DNA of 64,000 bases, from positions 32,001 to 96,000 of the forward strand of contig CAVSLC010000019.1 of the NCBI GenBank assembly GCA_963728565.1, given 5' to 3'. Below the pieces are notes generated by a model. That model searched no databases. It had not been told where the DNA came from and saw nothing but the letters and a program-made list of their open reading frames with translations. A program made the position numbers and the translations under genes. The DNA comes from an uncultured delta proteobacterium (GTDB taxonomy: Bacteria; Desulfobacterota; Binatia; UBA9968). This document shows positions 20,370 to 29,572 of the stretch, in pieces; position 1 is the first letter of the stretch; every line of letters starts with the position of its first letter.

Positions 20370-21365
20370 ATGATAAGTCGGCGAAGCTTCCTCAAGTATT
20401 CAACCCTTGCCACTGTTACTCCTTTCGTAGGCGGCTGTGGTCAAAGTCATAGGTGGCGCGCACAAGCATTTCGCAAAGAGAGGATATCGCAGGTGGCGGT
20501 TCTGCGAGCCTTGCGCTATGACTTATCGCTGCGGGAGATCATAACCAAAGGGATAAAGCTTTGCGGGTTGGAGGTAGGAGGAAAAACAATCGTTCTAAAG
20601 CCGAATCTTGTCGAATTTGACCCCAATGGGGTTATCAATACTAATCCGCTAGTAATCGAAGCTGCCATCGATGGCTTTCGGACGCTCGGCGCCCGAGAAG
20701 TCTTGGTCGCTGAAGGCCCGGGACATCGTCGTGACAACGAGTACCTTCTCACCGCGTCTGGCATTTACGGCGTAATAAAGGAGCACCGTGTTCCTTACGT
20801 TGATTTGAATAGCGACGATGTACGGCCGACGCGCCTGCTTAGTAGTTTTACTAAATTGGAGCAGCTTTATCTGCCGGAGACTCTCTTCAATGCCGATCTA
20901 CTGGTATCGATGCCCAAGTTAAAAACACATCATTGGGCGGGGGTCACGCTATCGTTGAAAAACATGTTCGGTGTGGTTCCGGGCTCGGTTTATGGGTGGC
21001 CCAAAAACATTCTTCACTGGCAGGGGATTCACAATAGCATTCTGGATATCAATAGCTCGCTGCCGGTTCGGCAGTTTGCGATTGTCGATGGCATCGTTGG
21101 AATGGAGGGGAATGGACCTCTACAAGGTCAGGCAATAGATAGCGGAGTTTTGATTTTTGGTGAAGACCTTGTAGCAGTGGACGCGACCGCAGCTAGGTTG
21201 ATGAAAATCGAACCAAAGAAAATCAAGTATTTGGCTGAAGCCGGCGCGTTTCTAGGCAACGTGAACTATGAGAGCATTGAGCAGATCGGCGAGAACCTTG
21301 AGCGGTTGCAAAAGGATTTTCGCGTTATTGAGGAATTTCAGGACCTGAAAGTTCTGACTCAGTAA
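20370..21365 (+). CDS. DUF362 protein with Tat/lipoprotein signal
   Basis: SRRSFLK...VGGC; VLKPN, TNP, PKLKTH, TLSLKN, GMEGNGP. Confidence 0.8.
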   Translation: MISRRSFLKYSTLATVTPFVGGCGQSHRWRAQAFRKERISQVAVLRALRYDLSLREIITKGIKLCGLEVGGKTIVLKPNLVEFDPNGVINTNPLVIEAAIDGFRTLGAREVLVAEGPGHRRDNEYLLTASGIYGVIKEHRVPYVDLNSDDVRPTRLLSSFTKLEQLYLPETLFNADLLVSMPKLKTHHWAGVTLSLKNMFGVVPGSVYGWPKNILHWQGIHNSILDINSSLPVRQFAIVDGIVGMEGNGPLQGQAIDSGVLIFGEDLVAVDATAARLMKIEPKKIKYLAEAGAFLGNVNYESIEQIGENLERLQKDFRVIEEFQDLKVLTQ

Positions 21366-21450
21366 AAGTTGCTAAAGGTTGGGGCGGGGGCCGAAGCCAA
21401 GTTGGTAGTTCGAGCCTAGACCCGAAGATAACTTAATATCCCAAGGACAA

Positions 21451-21482
21451 AGGGGCCAACGGTATCGATCCGTTCGGCCCCT
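21451..21482. terminator. Probable bidirectional intrinsic terminator
   Basis: AGGGGCC-AACGG...CCGTT-C-GGCCCCT hairpin between convergent genes. Confidence 0.6.
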
Positions 21483-21506
21483 CTTGTTCATCGCTCTTCT
21501 GCTGAA

Positions 21507-22931
21507 TTAACTGGCTTGATCGTCAGCGGGAATTACCAGCTTCATTCCCACATAGATGTAGTTAGGATTTTTGAGATTTTCTCGGTTCGCTTCAAAAATT
21601 TTCTCCCATTTAGATGTAGAATTGTAGAAGCGCTCAGCCAATTTGCTGAGGGTATCACCGACTTTGACTACGTAGTGCTGATCGACCGAAACGGCAGATT
21701 TGAGCGGCTTAGCAGTATTAGCAACTGAGAGCTGCGGTTTTTCTACCGCCGGCGCAATGACCTTAGCGACCTCATTAACTTTATTCTCTACTGCGGCCGG
21801 TTTTACCTTCGTATCTACGGTTACCGGCTTCTCCTTGGCGGCAACTACCACCGGCACAGAAATAGCGCGTGGCGCCGCTTTAGCAAGGTTTTGAGTCTTA
21901 TACAGGTGATCAACGAACCCAGAACTGTCGAGTTCTTTCATGAACGTCAGATCTACGAACTGCTCAGGGCGCGCACTTCGAGCTGCGGGTTCTTTGATAC
22001 CCATTTCGCGGAGCATGATTTGAATTCCTTTGATTGTTGGATAGGGCTTTTCTGGAATCAGTGAATTGAGAACAGAGTCGTAGGCTTCATCTAAAGCTTC
22101 CATATCGTCGGATTTCAGATACTTCGCCAAAATTCCAATTGTCTCTTGCCGGCGGGTCTTCATGAAATGGATACTCTCGACAAAAGCTTTTAAGACGTTG
22201 CGAACGAGCTCCGGTTGTTTTTTGATGGTGTCTTGACTAAAGGCCAGCCCGGTATGCTGGTATTCTAGCCCGAGCATTTGAAGGTCCGCCAGAGTGTTCA
22301 GGCCGATCTTTTTTGCTTTAGCAGTTAATGGGATAGCGATCATAACCCCGTGTATTTTGCCGCTTTCCAAGGCTGAGAAGCGGGCTGGTTGACTACCGAT
22401 CTGAACAATGGCGACATCCTTATCCGGTGCTAATCCGTATTTCTCAAGCGCATACCGAGTTGCAAAGTCCGAAGAAGAGCCGATGCGACTGACTGCCATT
22501 ATTTTACCTTTGAGTTGATCCGGTCGGGTAATGTCACGCGATACGATCAACTTGTAATCCATCGTATTGAGAAATCCGGCGACCATTACGACTCCCGATC
22601 CTTGCAGATTGCTTTGAAGCACAGATGACCCTGCTACCTGAGCGGCGAGCACATCACCTGAGATAAGCGTCTGAACGGTCCGGCTTCCTCCCTCAACGAA
22701 AAGAAGCTGTGAGTCCAGACCGTACTTGCGGAAAAATCCCTGATCCTGCGCGATCCAAGCCGGCGCTTGACTTGGTGAAATGGCGCTATAGCCGATCATA
22801 ACTTTTCTGAGCGGTTGGGTTGCGGTACTTTCTGCAGAGTTCGTATCGCTCACCACCGCGCCGAAAGGGAGCGCAGCCAAGGCAGTCACTGTAAGCACTC
22901 TGGTTAAAGTCTGTTTGATAGATTGCAGCAT
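21507..22931 (-). CDS. NitT/TauT substrate-binding protein fused to a C-terminal LysM domain
   Basis: PAWIAQDQGFFRKYGL SBP; Ala/Val/Lys/Pro linker; YVVKVGDTLSKLAERFY...NPNYIYVGMKLVIP. Confidence 0.85.
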   Translation of the reverse strand: MLQSIKQTLTRVLTVTALAALPFGAVVSDTNSAESTATQPLRKVMIGYSAISPSQAPAWIAQDQGFFRKYGLDSQLLFVEGGSRTVQTLISGDVLAAQVAGSSVLQSNLQGSGVVMVAGFLNTMDYKLIVSRDITRPDQLKGKIMAVSRIGSSSDFATRYALEKYGLAPDKDVAIVQIGSQPARFSALESGKIHGVMIAIPLTAKAKKIGLNTLADLQMLGLEYQHTGLAFSQDTIKKQPELVRNVLKAFVESIHFMKTRRQETIGILAKYLKSDDMEALDEAYDSVLNSLIPEKPYPTIKGIQIMLREMGIKEPAARSARPEQFVDLTFMKELDSSGFVDHLYKTQNLAKAAPRAISVPVVVAAKEKPVTVDTKVKPAAVENKVNEVAKVIAPAVEKPQLSVANTAKPLKSAVSVDQHYVVKVGDTLSKLAERFYNSTSKWEKIFEANRENLKNPNYIYVGMKLVIPADDQAS

Positions 22932-22967
22932 TTTGGATCCTCCCACGTTATCGAGTCCTCCGAACAC

Positions 22968-23753
22968 CTATTCGCGATTCAATCTGACCATTGCCGCTTT
23001 GAGGCTTGCTCTCATGCGCTCAAGTGATCGCGCCAGCTCACCGATCTCATCCGTAGATTGAATTGTGACAGGCGTGTCCAGCTGTCCCCGGCTAATTTCA
23101 TCTGCGCTTGCCTTCAAATCCAGTAGGGGTCGAATCGCCTTGGCGGCGAGCAGAAGCGAGATAACGATACCAACCGCAAGGCACCCGGCGATCAAAGTAA
23201 TGATAGTGAATACCGTCCCACGAACGTCTGCCTGGACTGAATCCGCCCAAAGCCCTACATGAACGGTGCCGAGCTGACCCTCAAGAAGAGGAACCCGAGT
23301 GTCGTAAATTGATTTTCCGCGAATATTCGTCACTCGCGAATTGGCCGTGCGACGTTCCACCGCGGCTAGGTCTTTTAGCTCGGCTGGGAACGGCTGAAGA
23401 CTAGTCGCGACGATCTCTCCCTTGGGGTCTTGGATATAGGCGTAGGCCACACCATCAAGACGACCGTATTTCGCAATCAAGACGTCCAATTCAAGGGTGT
23501 TCCGCCGGGATACATAAGCCGCTGACGCGTCACTTAAATTGGTGGCGATTGCCATCGCGCGAAGGTCAACTTGTCGGTGCAAAGCTTTATCCGTCATGAA
23601 ATAGACAATCCCAATGACCAGCACTCCGAGCAGTAGAATTAAGCCGCTAAATGCAACGCTGATCTTCCACCTGAGGCCGCCTCCCTGCCATGATATATTC
23701 AGCGGCTTATTGACCTTTGTCGTTTCAATTGAGATGGATTCTTGTGACATCAT
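22968..23753 (-). CDS. Membrane protein, TM-sensor-TM-HAMP, with no output domain
   Basis: Two TM segments; IRPLLDLKASADEISRGQLD...DEIGELARSLERMR, then stop. Confidence 0.85.
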   Translation of the reverse strand: MMSQESISIETTKVNKPLNISWQGGGLRWKISVAFSGLILLLGVLVIGIVYFMTDKALHRQVDLRAMAIATNLSDASAAYVSRRNTLELDVLIAKYGRLDGVAYAYIQDPKGEIVATSLQPFPAELKDLAAVERRTANSRVTNIRGKSIYDTRVPLLEGQLGTVHVGLWADSVQADVRGTVFTIITLIAGCLAVGIVISLLLAAKAIRPLLDLKASADEISRGQLDTPVTIQSTDEIGELARSLERMRASLKAAMVRLNRE

Positions 23754-23777
23754 TCCTCCGAATCGATTGCAGGATTA

Positions 23778-24572
23778 CTAGAATCGTTTGAGAGTGGAGA
23801 TTTCCTGATAGGCAGAGTCTTCAAACTTCTGCCGGAGGTTTACGTCGCCGATTTCCTTAGCGACATGTTCAATCAGATCATGGAGCTTGGATTCCGGAAA
23901 TTGAGATTGCGTCTCACCGAGTGCTTCGATTTGATCGCGTACGACGAGCGATGCCATGGGACCCATAATCTCAGTGAGGAGTTCTACGACGCGCCCCATT
24001 GCCGTTGCCGGGACCAAATCAGTTGCCGGTCGGGACGATGGTGCAACGATTTCAACCAAGCCGGACTTTTGTAGGTTGAAGATAACTTTCGCCGTATAGG
24101 CATAAGGGATTCTAAGAGTCTCGGCGATTTCCTGAACTGAGCGGTTGCCGTCGATTTTGCTGAGCACGCGCCAGCCAACGTGGGGAACGGTTACCGGACC
24201 GTTTTGTTCCTCACCCAAATCAGCTATACGAAGAATGGTCTTTCCGGTCGGAATGACTTCGAGAATGTTCTCCCATTCGCGACTCATCGCCTTCACTTCG
24301 TCGAGGATTTCAGATGACGACTTCTTTATGGTCGCCGAGGGCGGAGTTCCTGCAGGCAGTAAAGCGAAGTTACCTTCTCCCCACGTCACCGGATACAGAA
24401 GTGCCTTTTCCCCATCCCCGATCGGACATGTGGCGTGAATAATGCTGCCATCGACGAGATAAACCTCTACTGTCTCCTTTCCGCGCGAGAGTTTAAGAAC
24501 GCCGGACTTCTTGCCGCCGGTAGCGAGCATCAAAATATCATTAAGACTAATTTGTGAGAGGTTTCCTTGCAT
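23778..24572 (-). CDS. DUF4388 (PatA-N) protein with wHTH-like and helical C-terminal domains
   Basis: MQGNLSQISLNDIL...KKSGVL...W.EGNF; IDGNRSVQEIA; IMGPMASLVV. Confidence 0.8.
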   Translation of the reverse strand: MQGNLSQISLNDILMLATGGKKSGVLKLSRGKETVEVYLVDGSIIHATCPIGDGEKALLYPVTWGEGNFALLPAGTPPSATIKKSSSEILDEVKAMSREWENILEVIPTGKTILRIADLGEEQNGPVTVPHVGWRVLSKIDGNRSVQEIAETLRIPYAYTAKVIFNLQKSGLVEIVAPSSRPATDLVPATAMGRVVELLTEIMGPMASLVVRDQIEALGETQSQFPESKLHDLIEHVAKEIGDVNLRQKFEDSAYQEISTLKRF

Positions 24573-24599
24573 TTCTAATCCCGGTATAAGGGTGAAGGT

Positions 24600-24926
24600 C
24601 TAACGATCTTCCAACGAACGCCGCGTGGTCGTATTGGTCTGAGTCTTCTTTACACTCTCCAGGACTTCATCGCTGCTGTTGAGCGTGATTTTCAGCGTCT
24701 TTATTACGCCAAGGCTCTTGCTGATGCCGACCATCTGTTCCAGCGTCGACTTAATCTGTGTTTGGAGGAGATCGACCTCCTCGGTCGAGATACCTAGCAA
24801 CTGAGTTTGTAACTCATCATAAAGCCGAGTGATGCTATCAATCTGTCCCAGCGATTCGGTTTTCTGGGTGATTTCTTCATATAGGCGGGAAATATCCTCA
24901 GTGAGATTTTGCAGCTCGTTCTTCAT
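24600..24926 (-). CDS. Hypothetical coiled-coil protein
   Basis: 108 aa, heptad-rich, in the operon, purine-rich RBS. Confidence 0.7.
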   Translation of the reverse strand: MKNELQNLTEDISRLYEEITQKTESLGQIDSITRLYDELQTQLLGISTEEVDLLQTQIKSTLEQMVGISKSLGVIKTLKITLNSSDEVLESVKKTQTNTTTRRSLEDR

Positions 24927-24945
24927 AAATGTTCTGCCTTCTTTC

Positions 24946-26247
24946 TTATTTTTTTACATTCGGAGACTTACTGTTTGTCTTTGTTTCACTGGCTTTTGCC
25001 GCTTGTTTCAACTCGCGCACTCCGGAACTGTTCTCGTCAGATGTTCTTGAGACGGCTTCGGTGGCTGCGGGTGGACTCGACGGCTCTTGTGATTTCGATG
25101 ATGACAGGAGATATACGCCGGAAAGAACTGCGACTACTAGTAAGAATGCGCCCACCCCGGCAAACTTTAGGTTAATCCGACTATTATGTGAGTAAATGTC
25201 GTATTCCCCATAATCCTTGATTATCTTTTTCAACTCGCGATCGATGTCCCCTTCCTTTTTCAAAGGTGAACTCCGAGCTGTTTTGTTTTTTGGACTTTCA
25301 ACGCCCGGCTTCTCAAGGATGATGGGTTTGCTGCCCGCTTGGACAGGGTCGATATTAGCCCGGAGCACAACCTTCGAGGGCGAATCAGATGAGCTGAAAA
25401 ACTCGCCGTAATTTTTGATGAGATCATCTAAAAGCCGCTGATCGAAATCGCCGCCAGTTGGAACAAGCGCTGTCGATATGGGTGTGATCGGCTCTTCCGA
25501 CAGCGGTAATTTTTGGACGACCTCGGGAACGCTTATATCTGACTGTGGGTTGTTGATTTTCTCGCTTCCCGGCCGTACTGCGGTTGTTTGGAATTCCTGT
25601 TCGTACTGAATGCTATCGCCAATGGTCTTGACGGAATCGGAATCTTTGTCCCATGAAAACTCCGCTGAGGGAACTCCTGCGTCTGCTTCGATTTCAGTCG
25701 TGCCGAAGACGAATGCCGGCTCTTCCGGTGAATCTGTTGCTTCGCGGCGATCCGCGGCTGAGTCTTGTCTGCTGGCGTCTTTGTTTGATTCCGATGTATC
25801 CGTGGCTCCGGATATCGTCTCACCAGAAGCGGAGGCAGTAATTACAGTATGTTCGGGTCTCTTAGGCAAAGTTCGTTTGAGTCCCGGAAACTTGATTAGG
25901 TTACTGGCCTGAATGATGTCGCCCAGGTGAATGGGTTTGCCCGTGGTGTCGATGACGCTTAGCTTTATGTCTTCAGATGCTGTTTTCTCGACCGCTTCGT
26001 ACACGACAGTCATGGATCGCTTAATTGCAACGAGAGATCCAACACGTGACTGCAAGTTCAAAAGACCAAGCAGTAAAGTGCGTGACCTATTTTCCGCGGC
26101 GGCTACCTCTTCCAAAGTGTAGTCGTTCAGGCGCTGCTGCAGACCCTGAATGGAGTTGACTGCTTTCCCTACGGTTCCGGCGCTTGGTGAGCTTACCCTC
26201 GAAGCCGTGGGGCCCGCGCGGTTTTCATCTTGTTTTGCTGACAACAT
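24946..26247 (-). CDS. Hypothetical protein: N-terminal coiled coil, disordered middle, near-C-terminal TM
   Basis: 433-aa ORF; TM FAGVGAFLLVVAVLSGVYLL; first gene after the sigma54 site. Confidence 0.75.
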   Translation of the reverse strand: MLSAKQDENRAGPTASRVSSPSAGTVGKAVNSIQGLQQRLNDYTLEEVAAAENRSRTLLLGLLNLQSRVGSLVAIKRSMTVVYEAVEKTASEDIKLSVIDTTGKPIHLGDIIQASNLIKFPGLKRTLPKRPEHTVITASASGETISGATDTSESNKDASRQDSAADRREATDSPEEPAFVFGTTEIEADAGVPSAEFSWDKDSDSVKTIGDSIQYEQEFQTTAVRPGSEKINNPQSDISVPEVVQKLPLSEEPITPISTALVPTGGDFDQRLLDDLIKNYGEFFSSSDSPSKVVLRANIDPVQAGSKPIILEKPGVESPKNKTARSSPLKKEGDIDRELKKIIKDYGEYDIYSHNSRINLKFAGVGAFLLVVAVLSGVYLLSSSKSQEPSSPPAATEAVSRTSDENSSGVRELKQAAKASETKTNSKSPNVKK

Positions 26248-26305
26248 TTCAACTCAGGAGATGCTATTTGGCCTTTTCTCAGGCGTAGAGGATAAGCTAT
26301 TGAAA

Positions 26306-26320
26306 GCAAAAGAGTTGCCA
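26306..26320 (-). promoter_or_regulatory. sigma54 -24/-12 promoter
   Basis: Minus strand reads TGGCAACTCTTTTGC, about 60 bp upstream of ATG 26247 and just downstream of a bEBP gene. Confidence 0.7.
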
Positions 26321-26666
26321 TGAACGTCATGGGTAAAATGTTCGTAGTTTCACGTAGATCGATACGGCCTTTTCCTGTAATTGCTAGATAACTCCCCCAG
26401 TTCTGTTCACCTGAACCAAATTGTGTACAGGGTTGTTCTGTATGTACTTAGGGCTCTTGAAAAGTCCATGCCACACTCTTCAGAAGGTGAAGATAAATTA
26501 AGGAACGGGTTCGCCCATCGGCGACTGATTTTGGAATCTCAAATTCTAGAGTGGTCCAAGAAGGATTTTACAAGGTTCAGTTGACCTAAGCAGCGGAGCT
26601 GAGACTTGAGTCGCATTGAGAAAAGAACGGTGGGATTCCTAAGCCAGAGTGGACTGATGTATCTGA

Positions 26667-27950
26667 TTACTCCTGCAAGAGCTCGAACCTTTCGATCTTT
26701 CGGTAGAGCGTGCGTGTTGATATGCCGAGGGCTTCGGCGGCTTTGGCTTTGTTACCGTTGGTTTGCCGGAGCGCATCCTCGATTAGAATTCTCTCACCTT
26801 CCTCGATATTTTTGATCGCCTTGGTTCCGATCTCCTCTCGGTGTCCGGTCGCATAGTGCTGCAGGTTCATTGGTAAATCGGCAATTGTGATGTATTGACC
26901 ATCTGAAACCATCGCGGCACTTTCAACGACGCTTTTAAGTTCTCTGATGTTGCCTGGCCACGGATACTCTAGGAATAAGGCTTTGGCGGAACTGCTCAGC
27001 TTTTTGAGCGGCTTGTGGAATTGCTTACAAGCTTGATAGACGAAGTTTGCAACCATCAGAATGATATCTTCCTTGCGGCCTCGTAGAGGGGGCAGAATGA
27101 TACGAGCGCTGTTCAGACGAAAATACAAATCCTTTCGAAATCCGGTTCCCTGAATAGCCTCCTCGAGCTCTTTATTGGTGGCAGCAACGATTCTGACGTC
27201 GCTGGATTTTGGCGTGGACTCGCCTACACGATAGTACTGACGAGTTTCGAGGAAGCGCAGAAGTTTCAGCTGAATGGCCGGCGCGAGCTCGCCGATTTCA
27301 TCCAAAAAAAGCGTGCCGCCCTCGGCAGCTTCAATGAGTCCCTTCTTGTTCTTTTCCGCACCCGTAAACGCGCCTCGCACGTAACCGAAAAGTTCACTTT
27401 CGACGAGAGTTTCAGGAATCGCAGTCATGTTACAAGCAACAAACGGCTTCGTCGCCCGAGAACCGCTTGAATGTATATATTGGGCCATGACCTCCTTGCC
27501 CGTCCCAGTTTCACCGGTAATGAGAACGGTGATATCGTGCATAGCATACCGATTCGCCAGGTTTATCACTTCATAGAACTGCGGGGTTTCGCCGATCATC
27601 AGAGGTAACTTAATTGCGTGCGGCGTAAGCAAATCGGTTGAAGGGTGGCTGGCTTGCCCCAAGAGCGTGTAAAGCGCGTGCGGATTCTGAGGATGATAAC
27701 AAACCAGAGTCACTTGTGTGCCCAGTTGGTAGATCCTATCCAAGAACCGAGGCCATGTGTTACTACGACAAAGTGTTAGGTCTGCGAAGACAAACTTCAA
27801 TTGATCAATTGGAAACGCGTTGAATGCGTGCTCGGCCTCTTCGAGGGAGCGCGTTTCGTGGATAAAACAGTCACGGGCCTCCAAAAGTCTGGATAAGCCG
27901 GAGACGGAAGAGTCAATTGAATAGATGAGTAGAGCCAGCTGTCTCGACAT
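26667..27950 (-). CDS. sigma54-dependent activator (bEBP) with atypical REC-like N-terminus
   Basis: GETGTGKE, ESELFG, GAFTGA, LFLDEIGE, WPGNIREL and a Fis-type HTH. Confidence 0.95.
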   Translation of the reverse strand: MSRQLALLIYSIDSSVSGLSRLLEARDCFIHETRSLEEAEHAFNAFPIDQLKFVFADLTLCRSNTWPRFLDRIYQLGTQVTLVCYHPQNPHALYTLLGQASHPSTDLLTPHAIKLPLMIGETPQFYEVINLANRYAMHDITVLITGETGTGKEVMAQYIHSSGSRATKPFVACNMTAIPETLVESELFGYVRGAFTGAEKNKKGLIEAAEGGTLFLDEIGELAPAIQLKLLRFLETRQYYRVGESTPKSSDVRIVAATNKELEEAIQGTGFRKDLYFRLNSARIILPPLRGRKEDIILMVANFVYQACKQFHKPLKKLSSSAKALFLEYPWPGNIRELKSVVESAAMVSDGQYITIADLPMNLQHYATGHREEIGTKAIKNIEEGERILIEDALRQTNGNKAKAAEALGISTRTLYRKIERFELLQE

Positions 27951-27957
27951 TAGGTGA

Positions 27958-29415
27958 TTACTCTTTAGAGAGCGAGGAATTAGGCAGAACCACCATGTTT
28001 TCGAGTGAATCGGTTAGCAGTTGACGCGTAATACGTGGCTGAGTGTCCAAATAGTTGCAGGCAGCGATGACATGCTCGGCGATGAATTTCGGGTGGAATC
28101 CGGCAAAGGGAACTTTGTGCTTGATGTAAAATGAGTTGAGCAGGTATGCAATGATTTCTTCCGAAAATTCTAATCCATAGGATTCACAGACGCGTTGGAA
28201 TATCTCTCTATACTCGTCAGCGGTGGGTGGGCTGATCTTAATCTTGTAATGAACACGGCGTAACTGCGCTGCATCCATAAGTTCTTCTGGTGGAAAATTG
28301 GTGGCAAAAATGACGAGCTGATCGAACAGTACGGAAAACTTTTTGCCCGTGTGAAGCGTCAAGTAATCGAGTTTACGCTCCAAAGGAAAAATCCACCGGT
28401 TCAATAGTTCATGAGGTCGCACACGCTGACGTCCGAAGTCATCGATAACGAATATTCCGCCAATTGCCTTCATCTGAAGGGGCGCCTCATAGTATTTTGA
28501 ATGAATGTCGAAGTCCAAATCGAGCATTGCTAACGTCAATTCACCGCCGGAAATAATATAGGGCCGCCTACAGCGGACCCAGCGAGGATCATAGGGGAGG
28601 TGAGGCAAAAACATAGGATGCTTGTCGCTACTGATGGCGGGCTGCTCCGGGCTAAACGGGACGTGAACGGAAGGATCAAATATTTTGATAATCTGGCCGT
28701 CTGCTTCGATGCAATAAGGAATGTAAACGGCTTGCTCGAAGGCGCTTATTAGAGCTTCTGCCATAGCAGTTTTGCCGTTCCCGGCAGCACCGTAGATCAA
28801 GATTGCTCTGCCTGAGTTCGCCGCGGGACCGAGTCTCCTGACGACTTCCTCCGACAATACTAGGTGAGACATCGACTTTTTAAGTTTATCTATGCTGACG
28901 ATCTCATTTGTGATCGTCTGTTTTTGCACCTGCAGCTGATAGGTCTGCAGCGGCACGGGAATCGGTCCAATGTATTCGCAAAGCCGCAGGGCCTCACTAG
29001 CGCGCTCCTTACCGGCATTCGTAAGTGCATAACGCATAACGTTGTGGTTTTTTTCCGACGGTCCACGAATTTCTACAAGAGCCTCCTTTTTGGCTATCGT
29101 AAGCAGTTCCTCGACCACAGCTCGAGTTAACTTGATGTGTTCGGATACCTCCGGGATAGTTTGCAGTGCCGACACGTACATCGTCCGCAAAAGACAATTA
29201 AGTAGAAAATTGCCTTCTAGCCCGGTTTCGTCAGCGGTTTTTGGAATGTGCGGGGGCTCGTGAAGAATGCCATCTAAACTCTCGCGGCTAATGTATCCGA
29301 GCGAAATAAGATTATCGCCGAGGCGACCGCCGGCGACCTTCTGTCGCCGTAGCACAGTCTGCAGTTGCTCGTCGGTTATAATGCCTCTAGCTCTAAGTAA
29401 CTCGCCAATTGCCAT
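27958..29415 (-). CDS. AAA ATPase with N-terminal MshEN-like domain
   Basis: IGELLRARGIITDEQLQTVLRRQ...RLGDNLISLG; Walker A GAAGNGKT; Walker B IFVIDDFGRQ. Confidence 0.85.
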   Translation of the reverse strand: MAIGELLRARGIITDEQLQTVLRRQKVAGGRLGDNLISLGYISRESLDGILHEPPHIPKTADETGLEGNFLLNCLLRTMYVSALQTIPEVSEHIKLTRAVVEELLTIAKKEALVEIRGPSEKNHNVMRYALTNAGKERASEALRLCEYIGPIPVPLQTYQLQVQKQTITNEIVSIDKLKKSMSHLVLSEEVVRRLGPAANSGRAILIYGAAGNGKTAMAEALISAFEQAVYIPYCIEADGQIIKIFDPSVHVPFSPEQPAISSDKHPMFLPHLPYDPRWVRCRRPYIISGGELTLAMLDLDFDIHSKYYEAPLQMKAIGGIFVIDDFGRQRVRPHELLNRWIFPLERKLDYLTLHTGKKFSVLFDQLVIFATNFPPEELMDAAQLRRVHYKIKISPPTADEYREIFQRVCESYGLEFSEEIIAYLLNSFYIKHKVPFAGFHPKFIAEHVIAACNYLDTQPRITRQLLTDSLENMVVLPNSSLSKE

Positions 29416-29572
29416 ACATTAATCTCGTTGTGTCAAAAAAAGATTGTCTTTGCGGTAATTTGCAACTATCTTTGTTGATATATTCTTCATAAAACCGTTT
29501 CATTATAATTTAAGAAGGACCCCTGTCAAGCAAAGTTCTCACCGATTCGAGTCGAGGTTATAGGAGCGAGGA

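Noticed and set aside
27958-29415. pilB/gspE assignment
   Set aside because: The ATPase core lacks recognisable secretion-ATPase motifs and there is no T4P/T2SS context.
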